DNA of 64,000 bases from Escherichia coli (GTDB taxonomy: Bacteria; Pseudomonadota; Gammaproteobacteria; Enterobacterales; Enterobacteriaceae). How positions within the stretch are numbered: position 1 is the first letter of the stretch; each line of letters starts with the position of its first letter. This document shows positions 35,832 to 44,385 of this stretch, one piece after another. The notes under the pieces are model-generated. The model saw nothing but the letters and a program-made list of their open reading frames with translations. It was not told where the DNA came from and ran no database searches. The stretch is taken from the NCBI RefSeq assembly GCF_011045215.1, contig NZ_CP049201.1. One strand, given 5' to 3'. The position numbers were made by a program, and so were the translations under genes.

Positions 35832-36470
35832 ATGAAGATGAAAAACATGTCTGAAGTGTTGACCCAAGAAAAGCTTATTTTTGTTGCCCAGAGACTAAAG
35901 GCCCTCGCGCAGTCAGGCCTGACCTATTCAAAAGACGTCTTTGACAAGGAACGCTATGAAGCCTTGCGTGAAATTGCCGCTGGACTGCTGAGTTCGCAGT
36001 TTGATATTAGCCGCAATGATTTGTTTCATGTATCGGAAACGGGTTACGCGACGCCCAAAACAGATGTGCGTGCGTTTATCCTGCGTAATAATCGTATTCT
36101 GATGGTGAAAGAGGCTGCAGATGGATTATGGAGTCTTCCTGGCGGATGGGCAGATGTTGGAGATACACCTTCTGAAGCTGTGCGTCGAGAGGTCGAAGAA
36201 GAAACCGGATTAAAAGTCAGAGTGACTAAACTATTGGGAGTTTGGGATCGTAATCTTCACGGCCATCCGCCTTTACCCTGGCATGTTTACAAGCTGATTT
36301 TTCTCTGTGAAGAAGTAGGTGGCAGCCTGTCAATCAGCCATGAGTCACTCGATGCTGATTTTTTTGATGTCAACGACCTGCCTGAATTGTCGCTTTCAAG
36401 AATTGTGCCTGAGCAGATTGCTGTCAGCCTGAGAGTAGCGAAAGGTGATGAAAAAACATGGTTTGATTAA
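35832..36470 (+). CDS. Nudix hydrolase with N-terminal extension domain
   Basis: 212 aa; Nudix-box core GGWADVGDTPSEAVRREVEEETGL. Confidence 0.85.
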   Translation: MKMKNMSEVLTQEKLIFVAQRLKALAQSGLTYSKDVFDKERYEALREIAAGLLSSQFDISRNDLFHVSETGYATPKTDVRAFILRNNRILMVKEAADGLWSLPGGWADVGDTPSEAVRREVEEETGLKVRVTKLLGVWDRNLHGHPPLPWHVYKLIFLCEEVGGSLSISHESLDADFFDVNDLPELSLSRIVPEQIAVSLRVAKGDEKTWFD

Positions 36471-36493
36471 CTTTCTTCTGCAACCATTAAGGA

Positions 36494-37138
36494 ATGGCAA
36501 TGATATTCAACGCTAAGGGTTTTTTATTCGATATGGACGGTACGCTGGTTGATTCAACAGCCGTAGTGGAAAACGTCTGGAGAGATTTTTGTGCAGAATA
36601 CGGTCTTGATTCTCAGGCTGTGATTGCTTACGCACACGGGCGGCAAACGATTGATACACTAACGCATTTTATTGGTGCAGGTGAGAAAACCAATAAAATC
36701 GCGGCCTCACTCGAAGAGGTTGAAATCAACACGACAGAAGGCGTTACTGAAGTAAAAGGGGCCGCTGCACTCTTATCAAAACTGCCACCGGATAGCTGGG
36801 CACTTGTCACTTCTGCAGGCAGAATGCTTGCCGAAAACAGGATGAAAGCGGCTAATCTCCCCTTACCCAGAGTAATGGTGTGTGCAGAAGATGTAATGAC
36901 GGGAAAACCAAGTCCCGAGGGTTACATCAAAGCAGCTTTGGCTTTGGGCCTTGAGCCTGGTGAATGCGTGGTATTTGAGGATGCATCTGCGGGTATAAAA
37001 GCAGGGCTGGCAAGTGGAGCTTCGGTAATAGCTGTTCAGCCTGACGCTCTGGGATCATCTGAAGCCCATGCCGTCAGCGAACTGTCTGACATTATGGTCA
37101 AGATTTCCGGAGAACGTTTCAATATCATCTGTGGTTAA
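36494..37138 (+). CDS. HAD-superfamily phosphatase (beta-phosphoglucomutase-like subfamily)
   Basis: 214 aa; motif I FDMDGTLVDS, motif III lysine region and downstream acidic motif (EDASAG); 24 bp after the Nudix gene. Confidence 0.85.
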   Translation: MAMIFNAKGFLFDMDGTLVDSTAVVENVWRDFCAEYGLDSQAVIAYAHGRQTIDTLTHFIGAGEKTNKIAASLEEVEINTTEGVTEVKGAAALLSKLPPDSWALVTSAGRMLAENRMKAANLPLPRVMVCAEDVMTGKPSPEGYIKAALALGLEPGECVVFEDASAGIKAGLASGASVIAVQPDALGSSEAHAVSELSDIMVKISGERFNIICG

Positions 37139-37386
37139 TCACGTTACACAATACGCATCAATGGACGCTGAGTAGTTCGCGAGTTTTAAACTTCCAACGT
37201 CCGCTTTTCGCTCAAAGCGGACTAGAAGGTTAGCTTGTATCGGACTTTGCGTATTAAATGACTAGTGGTTGAGCCCCATTTCCACAGAAAAAATCAGAGA
37301 AACTATACCCAATAGTTGTATTGAATCACTGACGAGACAGCCTCATATTCATCAGGACTGGTGTACGTCCAATACAGGAGGTTGTG

Positions 37387-37476
37387 GTGCTGGTTCTCAA
37401 ATGTGCGCTGGCTATTACGGCTGTAATGGCGATTTATTGTCTTGCTATTGTTCTTATGGATCGCCTTTCTGACTGA
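37387..37476 (+). CDS. candidate small hydrophobic membrane peptide (about 29 aa), possible type I toxin
   Basis: consensus AGGAGG at 37376-37381, 5 nt before GTG; encodes (M)LVLKCALAITAVMAIYCLAIVLMDRLSD, one TM helix with charged tail; a different frame of the same region gives the 67-aa Cys/Gly-rich ORF in the track. Confidence 0.3.
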   Translation: MLVLKCALAITAVMAIYCLAIVLMDRLSD

Positions 37477-37687
37477 TTTCATATTGGCGAGGTAACGGTA
37501 GTTAAGTAGAATGGCTGCGGGTGCTTGAGGCTATCTGCCTCGGGCATGAACACCAACGGCAGATAGAGAAAAGCCCCAGTTAACATTACGCGTCCTGCAA
37601 GACGCTTAACATTAATCTGAGGCCAATTTCATGCTAGACACATGTAGGTTAGCCTCTTACGTGCCGAAAGGCAAGGAGAAGCAGGCT

Positions 37688-37843
37688 ATGAAGCAGCAAA
37701 AGGCGATGTTAATCGCCCTGATCGTCATCTGTTTAACCGTCATAGTGACGGCACTGGTAACGAGGAAAGACCTCTGCGAGGTACGAATCCGAACCGGCCA
37801 GACGGAGGTCGCTGTCTTCACAGCTTACGAACCTGAGGAGTAA
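37688..37843 (+). CDS. hok: Hok/Gef-family type I toxin
   Basis: 51 aa MKQQKAMLIALIVICLTVIVTALVTRKDLCEVRIRTGQTEVAVFTAYEPEE, typical Hok; in-frame upstream ATG at 37631 could act as a mok-like leader. Confidence 0.88.
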   Translation: MKQQKAMLIALIVICLTVIVTALVTRKDLCEVRIRTGQTEVAVFTAYEPEE

Positions 37844-37911
37844 GAGACCCGGCGAGGGATAAATCCCTCGCCACCTCTGATGTGGCAGGCATCCTCAACG
37901 CACCCGCACTT

Positions 37912-37940
37912 AACCCGCTTCGGCGGGTTTTTGTTTTTAT
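37912..37940 (+). terminator. rho-independent terminator of hok transcript
   Basis: stem cccgc/gcggg with ttcg loop followed by tttttgttttt. Confidence 0.75.
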
Positions 37941-38059
37941 TTTCAACGCGTTTGAAGTTCTGGACGGTGCCGGAATAGAATCAAAAATACTTAAGTAGCG
38001 CGCAGGGATAAGAGGGATGGTCCCTTAAAGGGGAGAGCTAATTATCCGGAAGGATTCTG

Positions 38060-38311
38060 ATGATGAACATCGAAGAACTGCGTAAAATTTTTTGTGAAGA
38101 TGGCCTCTATGCTGTGTGCGTTGAAAATGGAAACATTGTTAGTCATTACCGCATTCTGTGTTTGCGAAAGAATGGGGCTGCGTTAATTAATTTTATGGAT
38201 GCTCGGGTCACGGACGGATTTATCTTGCGCGAAGGTGAGTTTGTCACTTCATTACAGGCACTGAAAGAGATCGGAATAAAAGCAGGCTTTTCAGCTTTTG
38301 CAGAAGAATAA
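38060..38311 (+). CDS. small phage protein in the Rem position (83 aa)
   Basis: 83-aa ORF between hok and the DUF968 gene, same order as hokD-rem-ydfU in Qin. Confidence 0.6.
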   Translation: MMNIEELRKIFCEDGLYAVCVENGNIVSHYRILCLRKNGAALINFMDARVTDGFILREGEFVTSLQALKEIGIKAGFSAFAEE

Positions 38312-38377
38312 ACTCATCTACAATCTTGCGCGGGGCTGAACTCCCGCTGAGTAACACCGTGCCACCGGAGAAAACCG

Positions 38378-38656
38378 ATGGCACGCAACGTAAAATATTA
38401 CAATTCTGATAATTCGCCCGTTCTTGCCTGCACGCACGAGCGGTATTCTCACGCATTCAAGTCTGAATGGTTCCAGCACCCTCCATGCACTGAAGAGCAG
38501 GCTGAATGGATAATTCAGTGTTACCGCAGGCGCGGATACGAGGTTAAGAAAGCCCTTAGTCTCGACTACCGTCACTGGATAATCTCAGTCAGATTGCCTT
38601 ACTCCGAACGCCCACCGCGTCCGTCCCGTACATTCCAGCAACGCATCTGGAGGTAA
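38378..38656 (+). CDS. hypothetical phage protein
   Basis: 92-aa ORF abutting the start of the DUF968 gene. Confidence 0.55.
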   Translation: MARNVKYYNSDNSPVLACTHERYSHAFKSEWFQHPPCTEEQAEWIIQCYRRRGYEVKKALSLDYRHWIISVRLPYSERPPRPSRTFQQRIWR

Positions 38657-38657
38657 C

Positions 38658-39707
38658 GTGCGGGTATTACTTCGACCTGTTCTGGTACCGGAACTCGGGC
38701 TGGTGGTCGTTAAGCCGGGCCGTGAATCCATGCCGGTATTCCACAATACCCGGGTACTGGTGGAGCCGGAACCGAAAAGCATGCGTAATCTGCCGTCCGG
38801 GATCGTTCCTGCCGTTCGCCAGCCGCTGGTGGAAGACAAAACATTGCTGCCGTTTTTCAGTAATGCACGGGTAATTCGTGCTGCTGGTGGTGCTGGTGCA
38901 TTGTCTGACTGGCTGTTGCGCCATATTAAATCCTGCCAGTGGCCACACGGCGATTATCATCACAGCGAAACCGTTATTCACCGTTATGGTACCGGCGCAA
39001 TGGTGTTGTGCTGGCACTGCGACAACCAGCTGCGTGACCAGACATCCGAATCACTCGAGCAACTTGCTCATCAAAACCTGTCAGCATGGATGATTGACGT
39101 CATCGGTCACGCAATAAGCGGTACGCAGGAGCGTGAATTATCTCTGGCTGAATTATCCTGGTGGGCGGTCCGCAATCAGGTGGCGGACGCGCTACCGGAA
39201 GCGGTATTACGTCGTTCGCTGGGGTTGCGTGCGGAAAAAATCCGCTCCATGTACCGTGAAAGCGACATCGTACCGGGAGAGCAGACCGCCACCAGCATAC
39301 TGAAACAGCGCACAAAAAATCTTGCGCCGCTGCCTCACGCCCACCAGCAACAGAACCCACCACAGGAAAAGACGGTGGTCAGCATTGCCGTTGATCCTGA
39401 GTCTCCGGAATCTTTCATGAAACGACCTAAACGTCGCCGCTGGGTTAATGAAAAGTACACGCGCTGGGTTAAGACACAGCCGTGTGCATGTTGTGGAAAG
39501 CCCGCTGATGATCCCCACCACCTGATAGGCCACGGTCAGGGGGGAATGGGTACAAAAGCGCATGACCTCTTTGTGTTGCCTTTGTGCAGAAAGCATCACG
39601 ACGAGCTGCATGCGGATACCGTGGCATTTGAAGAGAAGTATGGCTCCCAGCTGGAGCTGATATTTCGTTTTATCGATCGTGCGCTGGCAATTGGCGTGCT
39701 GGCCTGA
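38658..39707 (+). CDS. ydfU: YdfU-like DUF968 protein with C-terminal HNH-like zinc motif
   Basis: 349 aa; C-terminal CACCGK...HHLIGHGQGG...CRKHHDELH; immediately upstream of Q as in Qin. Confidence 0.8.
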   Translation: MRVLLRPVLVPELGLVVVKPGRESMPVFHNTRVLVEPEPKSMRNLPSGIVPAVRQPLVEDKTLLPFFSNARVIRAAGGAGALSDWLLRHIKSCQWPHGDYHHSETVIHRYGTGAMVLCWHCDNQLRDQTSESLEQLAHQNLSAWMIDVIGHAISGTQERELSLAELSWWAVRNQVADALPEAVLRRSLGLRAEKIRSMYRESDIVPGEQTATSILKQRTKNLAPLPHAHQQQNPPQEKTVVSIAVDPESPESFMKRPKRRRWVNEKYTRWVKTQPCACCGKPADDPHHLIGHGQGGMGTKAHDLFVLPLCRKHHDELHADTVAFEEKYGSQLELIFRFIDRALAIGVLA

Positions 39708-39724
39708 TTTTGTGGAGAAAGTTG

Positions 39725-40069
39725 ATGCGTGATATGTATGAAGTTTTAGACCGCTGGGGAGCGTGGGCTGCAGCAGATAACAGTGGTGTGGACTGGCAGC
39801 CGATAGCAGCAGGCTTTAAGGGGCTTTTACCTCATGGTAAAAAAATACGCCTTCAGTGTGATGATGATGAAGGCATCATGATAGACGGCTGTGTTGCCCG
39901 CCTGTGTAAGTATAAACCAGACGAATATGAGCTGATCATTGCTCACTTCGTTATAGGTATTTCACTGCGTTCTATTGCGAAGAGACGCAGATGCTCAGAT
40001 GGAACAATCCGGAAGCAATTGCAGACTGCGTTAGGTTTCATTAATGGGGTTATGTACATGCTCAAGTAA
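39725..40069 (+). CDS. Q: late-gene antiterminator Q (933W/82-type)
   Basis: 114 aa from ATG with GGAG RBS (MRDMYEVLDRWGAWAA...), N-terminus resembles small Q antiterminators. Confidence 0.8.
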   Translation: MRDMYEVLDRWGAWAAADNSGVDWQPIAAGFKGLLPHGKKIRLQCDDDEGIMIDGCVARLCKYKPDEYELIIAHFVIGISLRSIAKRRRCSDGTIRKQLQTALGFINGVMYMLK

Positions 40070-41288
40070 TATTTGGCATTAATTTAAATAAAATACCGAT
40101 GATGCCTATGAATGTAGGCATCCATGCTAGTGATAATAAACTGTCAAGCACCTTATGACAAAAATCCTCATTGTCATTTAATTTTTTAATAGCCTCTTCT
40201 AAGCTCTCTTTAAGATCGCTGGTGTCATCCTTTATTCTATATCTTAATTGTCCAAAAAGTATTTCTTTAGAGTGTGAAATACGAGCAAGTTGTTTTTTTT
40301 GTGACACAATCATTGCAGATGTTATTATTGCTGTGATAATCAATCCAATTAAAGCAATAATCCAATCAGCTTTTGTTGTTAATTTGAAAATAGCAATTGA
40401 ACCAGCTAGTGAAATAGGTATTGCAAGAGCTTTGTTAGAAATTTCTGAAATTATTTTTGACAGTTTTTCTGAGTAATCGAGTTCAGCATCAACAACTTCT
40501 TTCCTTGCTTTATGAAAAGAAAATGCCGATATATAAGCAGCTAAGTTGTTCGTATAAAGTTCGCATATGAAATCCCACTTGTTAATTAACTCGACAAAGG
40601 AATTTCCATTTTTATTAACATACTCAATAACTGTGTTTCTGAAAGTGTTAATCTTTTCAATGTGATGGGCATCAGTAGTAGCTTCACTACTTACTAATGT
40701 TTTAACTAACTGAGTATTTACTGTTTTATCATTAAAAATTTCTTCTGTAATATTTGTTTCAATTACAGCAGAAGAAGATTTAGACTCTGAGTTTAAAATA
40801 AAGACTAAACGATAAAATGTACCTTTGCTATCTTTTTTTATATCATGGAAATGAGCAAGCATGGAAAGAGCATTGATTAGCTCACAAATGTCCTCAATTT
40901 TTTGGATATAAGAAGGTTTTGGTGTTTCTAATGAATAGAAATCATCCTCTATAATATAGAAATACTCTGGCATTATGCCTTTCTTGAGCGTGTTTATTTT
41001 TACAAACTCGTTTTTATTTTTATAAAAACGATTCGCACTTCCTTGTGAAATTTTAAACGAGTATGTAAGAAAATTTCCCTTTTCAGGAAAGTCTTCATAA
41101 TCATAAATTAAATGACCATCCACCTCTATTTCGTCAGCTGTACCAGCTTGAAAAGTAGGGTTCAAAATTCTTTTGAACAATGATTTTACGTCTGCATTAT
41201 AAGCTATACGCGCAGAAAACTTAGCCCCGTCAAAATGAGGATAGCTTGATAATCTATACAGATTAACTATTATACTAAAATCATTCAT
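40062..41288 (-). CDS. candidate defence effector: protein with soluble N-terminal domain and C-terminal transmembrane helices
   Basis: 408 aa, AT-rich; hydrophobic segments ALAIPISLAGSIAIFKL, WIIALIGLIITAIITSAMIVS and WMPTFIGIIGILFKL; start overlaps upstream gene stop (ATGA). Confidence 0.75.
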   Translation of the reverse strand: MNDFSIIVNLYRLSSYPHFDGAKFSARIAYNADVKSLFKRILNPTFQAGTADEIEVDGHLIYDYEDFPEKGNFLTYSFKISQGSANRFYKNKNEFVKINTLKKGIMPEYFYIIEDDFYSLETPKPSYIQKIEDICELINALSMLAHFHDIKKDSKGTFYRLVFILNSESKSSSAVIETNITEEIFNDKTVNTQLVKTLVSSEATTDAHHIEKINTFRNTVIEYVNKNGNSFVELINKWDFICELYTNNLAAYISAFSFHKARKEVVDAELDYSEKLSKIISEISNKALAIPISLAGSIAIFKLTTKADWIIALIGLIITAIITSAMIVSQKKQLARISHSKEILFGQLRYRIKDDTSDLKESLEEAIKKLNDNEDFCHKVLDSLLSLAWMPTFIGIIGILFKLMPNIT

Positions 41289-42451
41289 TCTTTATCTTCT
41301 TCATTACTCGGGTTATCAGTTTCTTTCAACGCTCTTCTTATCTTAGTTAATGCTTCAACAGGCAAATTATTAAATGTTAGGCTTTGGTTTTCGTCATCAT
41401 AATATATTTTAGCATCAGTTGTGACACCGAGTAAATCCTTGTCGAAGTGAAAGCTCAATGATGGGGTTTTATATATCACATTGCGGATTTTATCTAAGGA
41501 GTTTTTATTGATTACGAACTCTGATGGGATTCTGACTTCCTCACTATTGAGGTGTTTCATTAATTTATCAACAAGTTCTGTTTTTTCTTCCTCTTTTAAA
41601 TAGGACATATGGCCTGAAGCAAGCGATTCGATATCAGAAAGCCTTGCAGAGTGCTCGTTGTCAAATTGCTTTTCTAAGTATTTGATAACATCATTTCTAA
41701 ATGACTCTGCTTGATTTTTTAAAAGAGGTTCTTTCTTAAAGAAACGCCTTATTTCATCTGGTAACTTACGGGTTGCGCCTGCTGAAGCAATCCCCTTGTC
41801 ACATCCTAATGCTGCTATAAAATATGCTGCCGCTGACTGTCCCGTAGTTTTGCTTATAAAGCTTAGATAACTTAAGTCTGTTTTTTTTAAATCATCTGCT
41901 TTTTGGTATTCTTCATAATATCTGAAATTTATTTTTGCTGCTTGGTTAATATTACCAAGTTCTAAGTGAATCATTTCCTCTGGCTCTAAATTTTCACTAA
42001 TAGTTACGCCATTAGTTTTTTTGATCATTGTAACCAATAGATAACGGAAACCAGATAAAATATAATCAGTAAAAACAACATATCCTCCAGAAGCCCAAAT
42101 CTGCTCTTGAGCAGATTTATACATTTGTTTCATAACTTCCTTCGATAATTCAATGAAATCATTTGAAACAGATTGTTGAACTAAAGAGTATTTATGAAAT
42201 AGTTCTGGTATAGGGCCTTGTTTTGTTTTATTTTTAATAAAAACACCATAATGCGCTGAGTTCCCTTTTGAACCATACAAATCAATAACACCGTCTACTA
42301 ATTTTTTTACTATATCATTTGTTTTATCTAGTTCTGTATCACGAAGATTGTATGGTTTGGAGTGATCGAAGTCTTTATTAGATTCTTTTAAGAGCTCATG
42401 AACGATTACGTGGCGTATGCTTGCTTTGCTCATTTTTTTGGTCAATTCCAT
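41285..42451 (-). CDS. YejK/NdpA-like (NA37 family) nucleoid-associated-type protein
   Basis: 388 aa, AT-rich; blocks resembling E. coli YejK (IRHVIVHELLK; SGGYVVFTDY..FRYLLVTMIK...ISENL; YLSFISKTTG..AAYFIAALG); start may be the internal ATG at 42433. Confidence 0.75.
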   Translation of the reverse strand: MELTKKMSKASIRHVIVHELLKESNKDFDHSKPYNLRDTELDKTNDIVKKLVDGVIDLYGSKGNSAHYGVFIKNKTKQGPIPELFHKYSLVQQSVSNDFIELSKEVMKQMYKSAQEQIWASGGYVVFTDYILSGFRYLLVTMIKKTNGVTISENLEPEEMIHLELGNINQAAKINFRYYEEYQKADDLKKTDLSYLSFISKTTGQSAAAYFIAALGCDKGIASAGATRKLPDEIRRFFKKEPLLKNQAESFRNDVIKYLEKQFDNEHSARLSDIESLASGHMSYLKEEEKTELVDKLMKHLNSEEVRIPSEFVINKNSLDKIRNVIYKTPSLSFHFDKDLLGVTTDAKIYYDDENQSLTFNNLPVEALTKIRRALKETDNPSNEEDKE

Positions 42452-42550
42452 GCGGTTAAGCTAACAATTGTAAAGAGCATAATAAATTACTAACGCGTAC
42501 GCAAAAACTATCATAATCTGTTAAGAGTGGTTACTTCGCCACACAGCTTA

Positions 42551-42577
42551 AACCCGCCGTCGAGCGGTTTTTTTGTA
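42551..42577. terminator. hairpin plus T-run upstream of the AT-rich operon
   Basis: aaacccgccgtcgagcggttttttt: bulged stem flanked by A-run and T-run, possibly bidirectional. Confidence 0.4.
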
Positions 42578-42672
42578 CCTGTAAAACTGGTGCAGTACAG
42601 TAAACACGCTGGTGGTCGTGAATACTGACTTTTTATCTTGCTGGCTTTTTAGACAAGAGTTATTGGTATGTC

Positions 42673-42900
42673 ATGTTAACCAGAAGGGAAAAAGACATGC
42701 TAAAACAGCAAGATATGACAGAAACCGCCGCCGCAGTCCTTCATTTCTTACCTGCTGACAAGTGGGTAACGCCACGCATGATGACGAGAACTACCGGAGT
42801 AAGCGAAGCCCGGTGCCAGTTAATACTGACTCAGTTAGTTCTGGCGGGTCTGGCGAAGGATAACGGCGGGTACGGGAATAAATTCAGACGCTGCCAGTAA
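42673..42900 (+). CDS. small hypothetical protein, possible winged-helix DNA binding
   Basis: 75-aa ORF upstream of the methyltransferase gene. Confidence 0.5.
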   Translation: MLTRREKDMLKQQDMTETAAAVLHFLPADKWVTPRMMTRTTGVSEARCQLILTQLVLAGLAKDNGGYGNKFRRCQ

Positions 42901-43050
42901 TGGCGGTTTCCTGCTGTGAAAATGGGCGGCTGGTGGGTGTTGGTAGCACCTGCCAGCCATTCGCTCATGCTTACTGGTCACAAGCGAACCACGGCCCACT
43001 GCTTTAGCGCAAAAGCAGAGTGAGCCTACCAGAGTTACGCTTACTGATCC

Positions 43051-44103
43051 ATGAAAAATACTGTAAAAATAAACAGTGTTGATTTAATCAACGCTGATTG
43101 CCTGCATTTTATTCAGTCCTTGCCTGATGATTCCATTGATCTGATTGTTACCGATCCGCCGTACTTCAAAGTGAAGCCCAACGGCTGGGACAATCAGTGG
43201 AAAGGGGACGAAGATTACCTGAAGTGGCTGGACTACTGTCTGGCCCAGTTCTGGCGGGTACTGAAACCAGCCGGAAGCCTTTACCTGTTCTGTGGACATC
43301 GCCTGGCATCTGATATTGAGATCATGATGCGTGAACGTTTCAACGTGCTTAACCATATCATCTGGGCGAAGCCGTCCGGACGTTGGAATGGGTGTAATAA
43401 AGAAAGTCTGCGCGCATATTTTCCTGCCACAGAGCGCGTTCTGTTTGCTGAACATTACCAGGGGCCATATCGCGGCAAAAGTGACGGCTATGCGGCAAAA
43501 GAAAGGGAACTCAAACAGCACATAATGGCACCGCTGATATCGTATTTCAGGGATGCTCGTGCCGAACTGGGTATAACGGCAAAACAAATTGCCGAAGCCA
43601 CAGGTAAGAAAAATATGGTTTCCCACTGGTTTGGTGCCAGTCAGTGGCAGTTGCCGAATGAGGCTGACTATCGGAAGTTACAGGCACTGTTTTCCCGTAT
43701 AGCGGCAGAGAAGTTTCAGGAACAACAACTGGAACAACCACACCACCAGCTGGTGGCATCTTATGATTCACTGAATCGCAAATATTCTGAATTGCTGGAT
43801 GAGTTTAAATCTCTCCGGCGCTATTTCTCCGTATCAGTCTCCGTGCCTTATACCGATGTCTGGATGCATAAACCCGTTCAGTTCTACCCGGGTAAACATC
43901 CGTGTGAGAAACCTGCGGATATGCTCCGGCAAATAATCAATGCCAGTAGTCGACCTGGTGATCTGGTTGCTGATTTTTTTATGGGATCCGGTTCCACAAT
44001 AAAAGCAGCAATGGCGCTGGGGCGTCGGGCCTTAGGTGTTGAGCTTGAGTCAGAGCGGTTTAACCAGACAGTGAAAGAGATATACGAGCTGGTGGGGAAA
44101 TAA
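43051..44103 (+). CDS. DNA N6-adenine/N4-cytosine methyltransferase
   Basis: 350 aa with DPPY catalytic motif near N-terminus and AdoMet motif FFMGSGST near C-terminus (beta-class arrangement). Confidence 0.88.
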   Translation: MKNTVKINSVDLINADCLHFIQSLPDDSIDLIVTDPPYFKVKPNGWDNQWKGDEDYLKWLDYCLAQFWRVLKPAGSLYLFCGHRLASDIEIMMRERFNVLNHIIWAKPSGRWNGCNKESLRAYFPATERVLFAEHYQGPYRGKSDGYAAKERELKQHIMAPLISYFRDARAELGITAKQIAEATGKKNMVSHWFGASQWQLPNEADYRKLQALFSRIAAEKFQEQQLEQPHHQLVASYDSLNRKYSELLDEFKSLRRYFSVSVSVPYTDVWMHKPVQFYPGKHPCEKPADMLRQIINASSRPGDLVADFFMGSGSTIKAAMALGRRALGVELESERFNQTVKEIYELVGK

Positions 44104-44109
44104 TCTGGT

Positions 44110-44130
44110 GGCCACGTAGGTGGCCTTTTT
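44110..44130 (+). terminator. rho-independent terminator after methyltransferase gene
   Basis: stem ggccac/gtggcc, loop gtag, followed by ttttt. Confidence 0.7.
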
Positions 44131-44169
44131 ATTTCCATTACACAGCACCCGCATCTGCGAGGTGGGGTT

Positions 44170-44385
44170 ATGAAATCCATGGATAAGTTAACAACGGGTG
44201 TCGCCTATGGCACCTCAGCAGGTAGTGCCGGGTACTGGTTTTTACAGTTGCTCGATAAAGTCACGCCCTCACAGTGGGCGGCAATAGGTGTGCTGGGTAG
44301 TCTGGTATTTGGCTTGCTGACGTATCTGACAAACCTTTATTTCAAGATTAAAGAAGATAAGCGTAAGGCTGCGAGAGGTGAATAA
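44170..44385 (+). CDS. phage holin
   Basis: 71-aa two-TM protein with charged C-terminus, directly upstream of lysozyme. Confidence 0.85.

Noticed and set aside
37269-37472. 67-aa Cys/Gly-rich ORF from the track
   Set aside because: Not firmly rejected but not annotated: no obvious RBS, and an alternative frame with a consensus Shine-Dalgarno encodes a more protein-like hydrophobic peptide; could correspond to a Qin-type small Cys-rich protein, needs translation evidence
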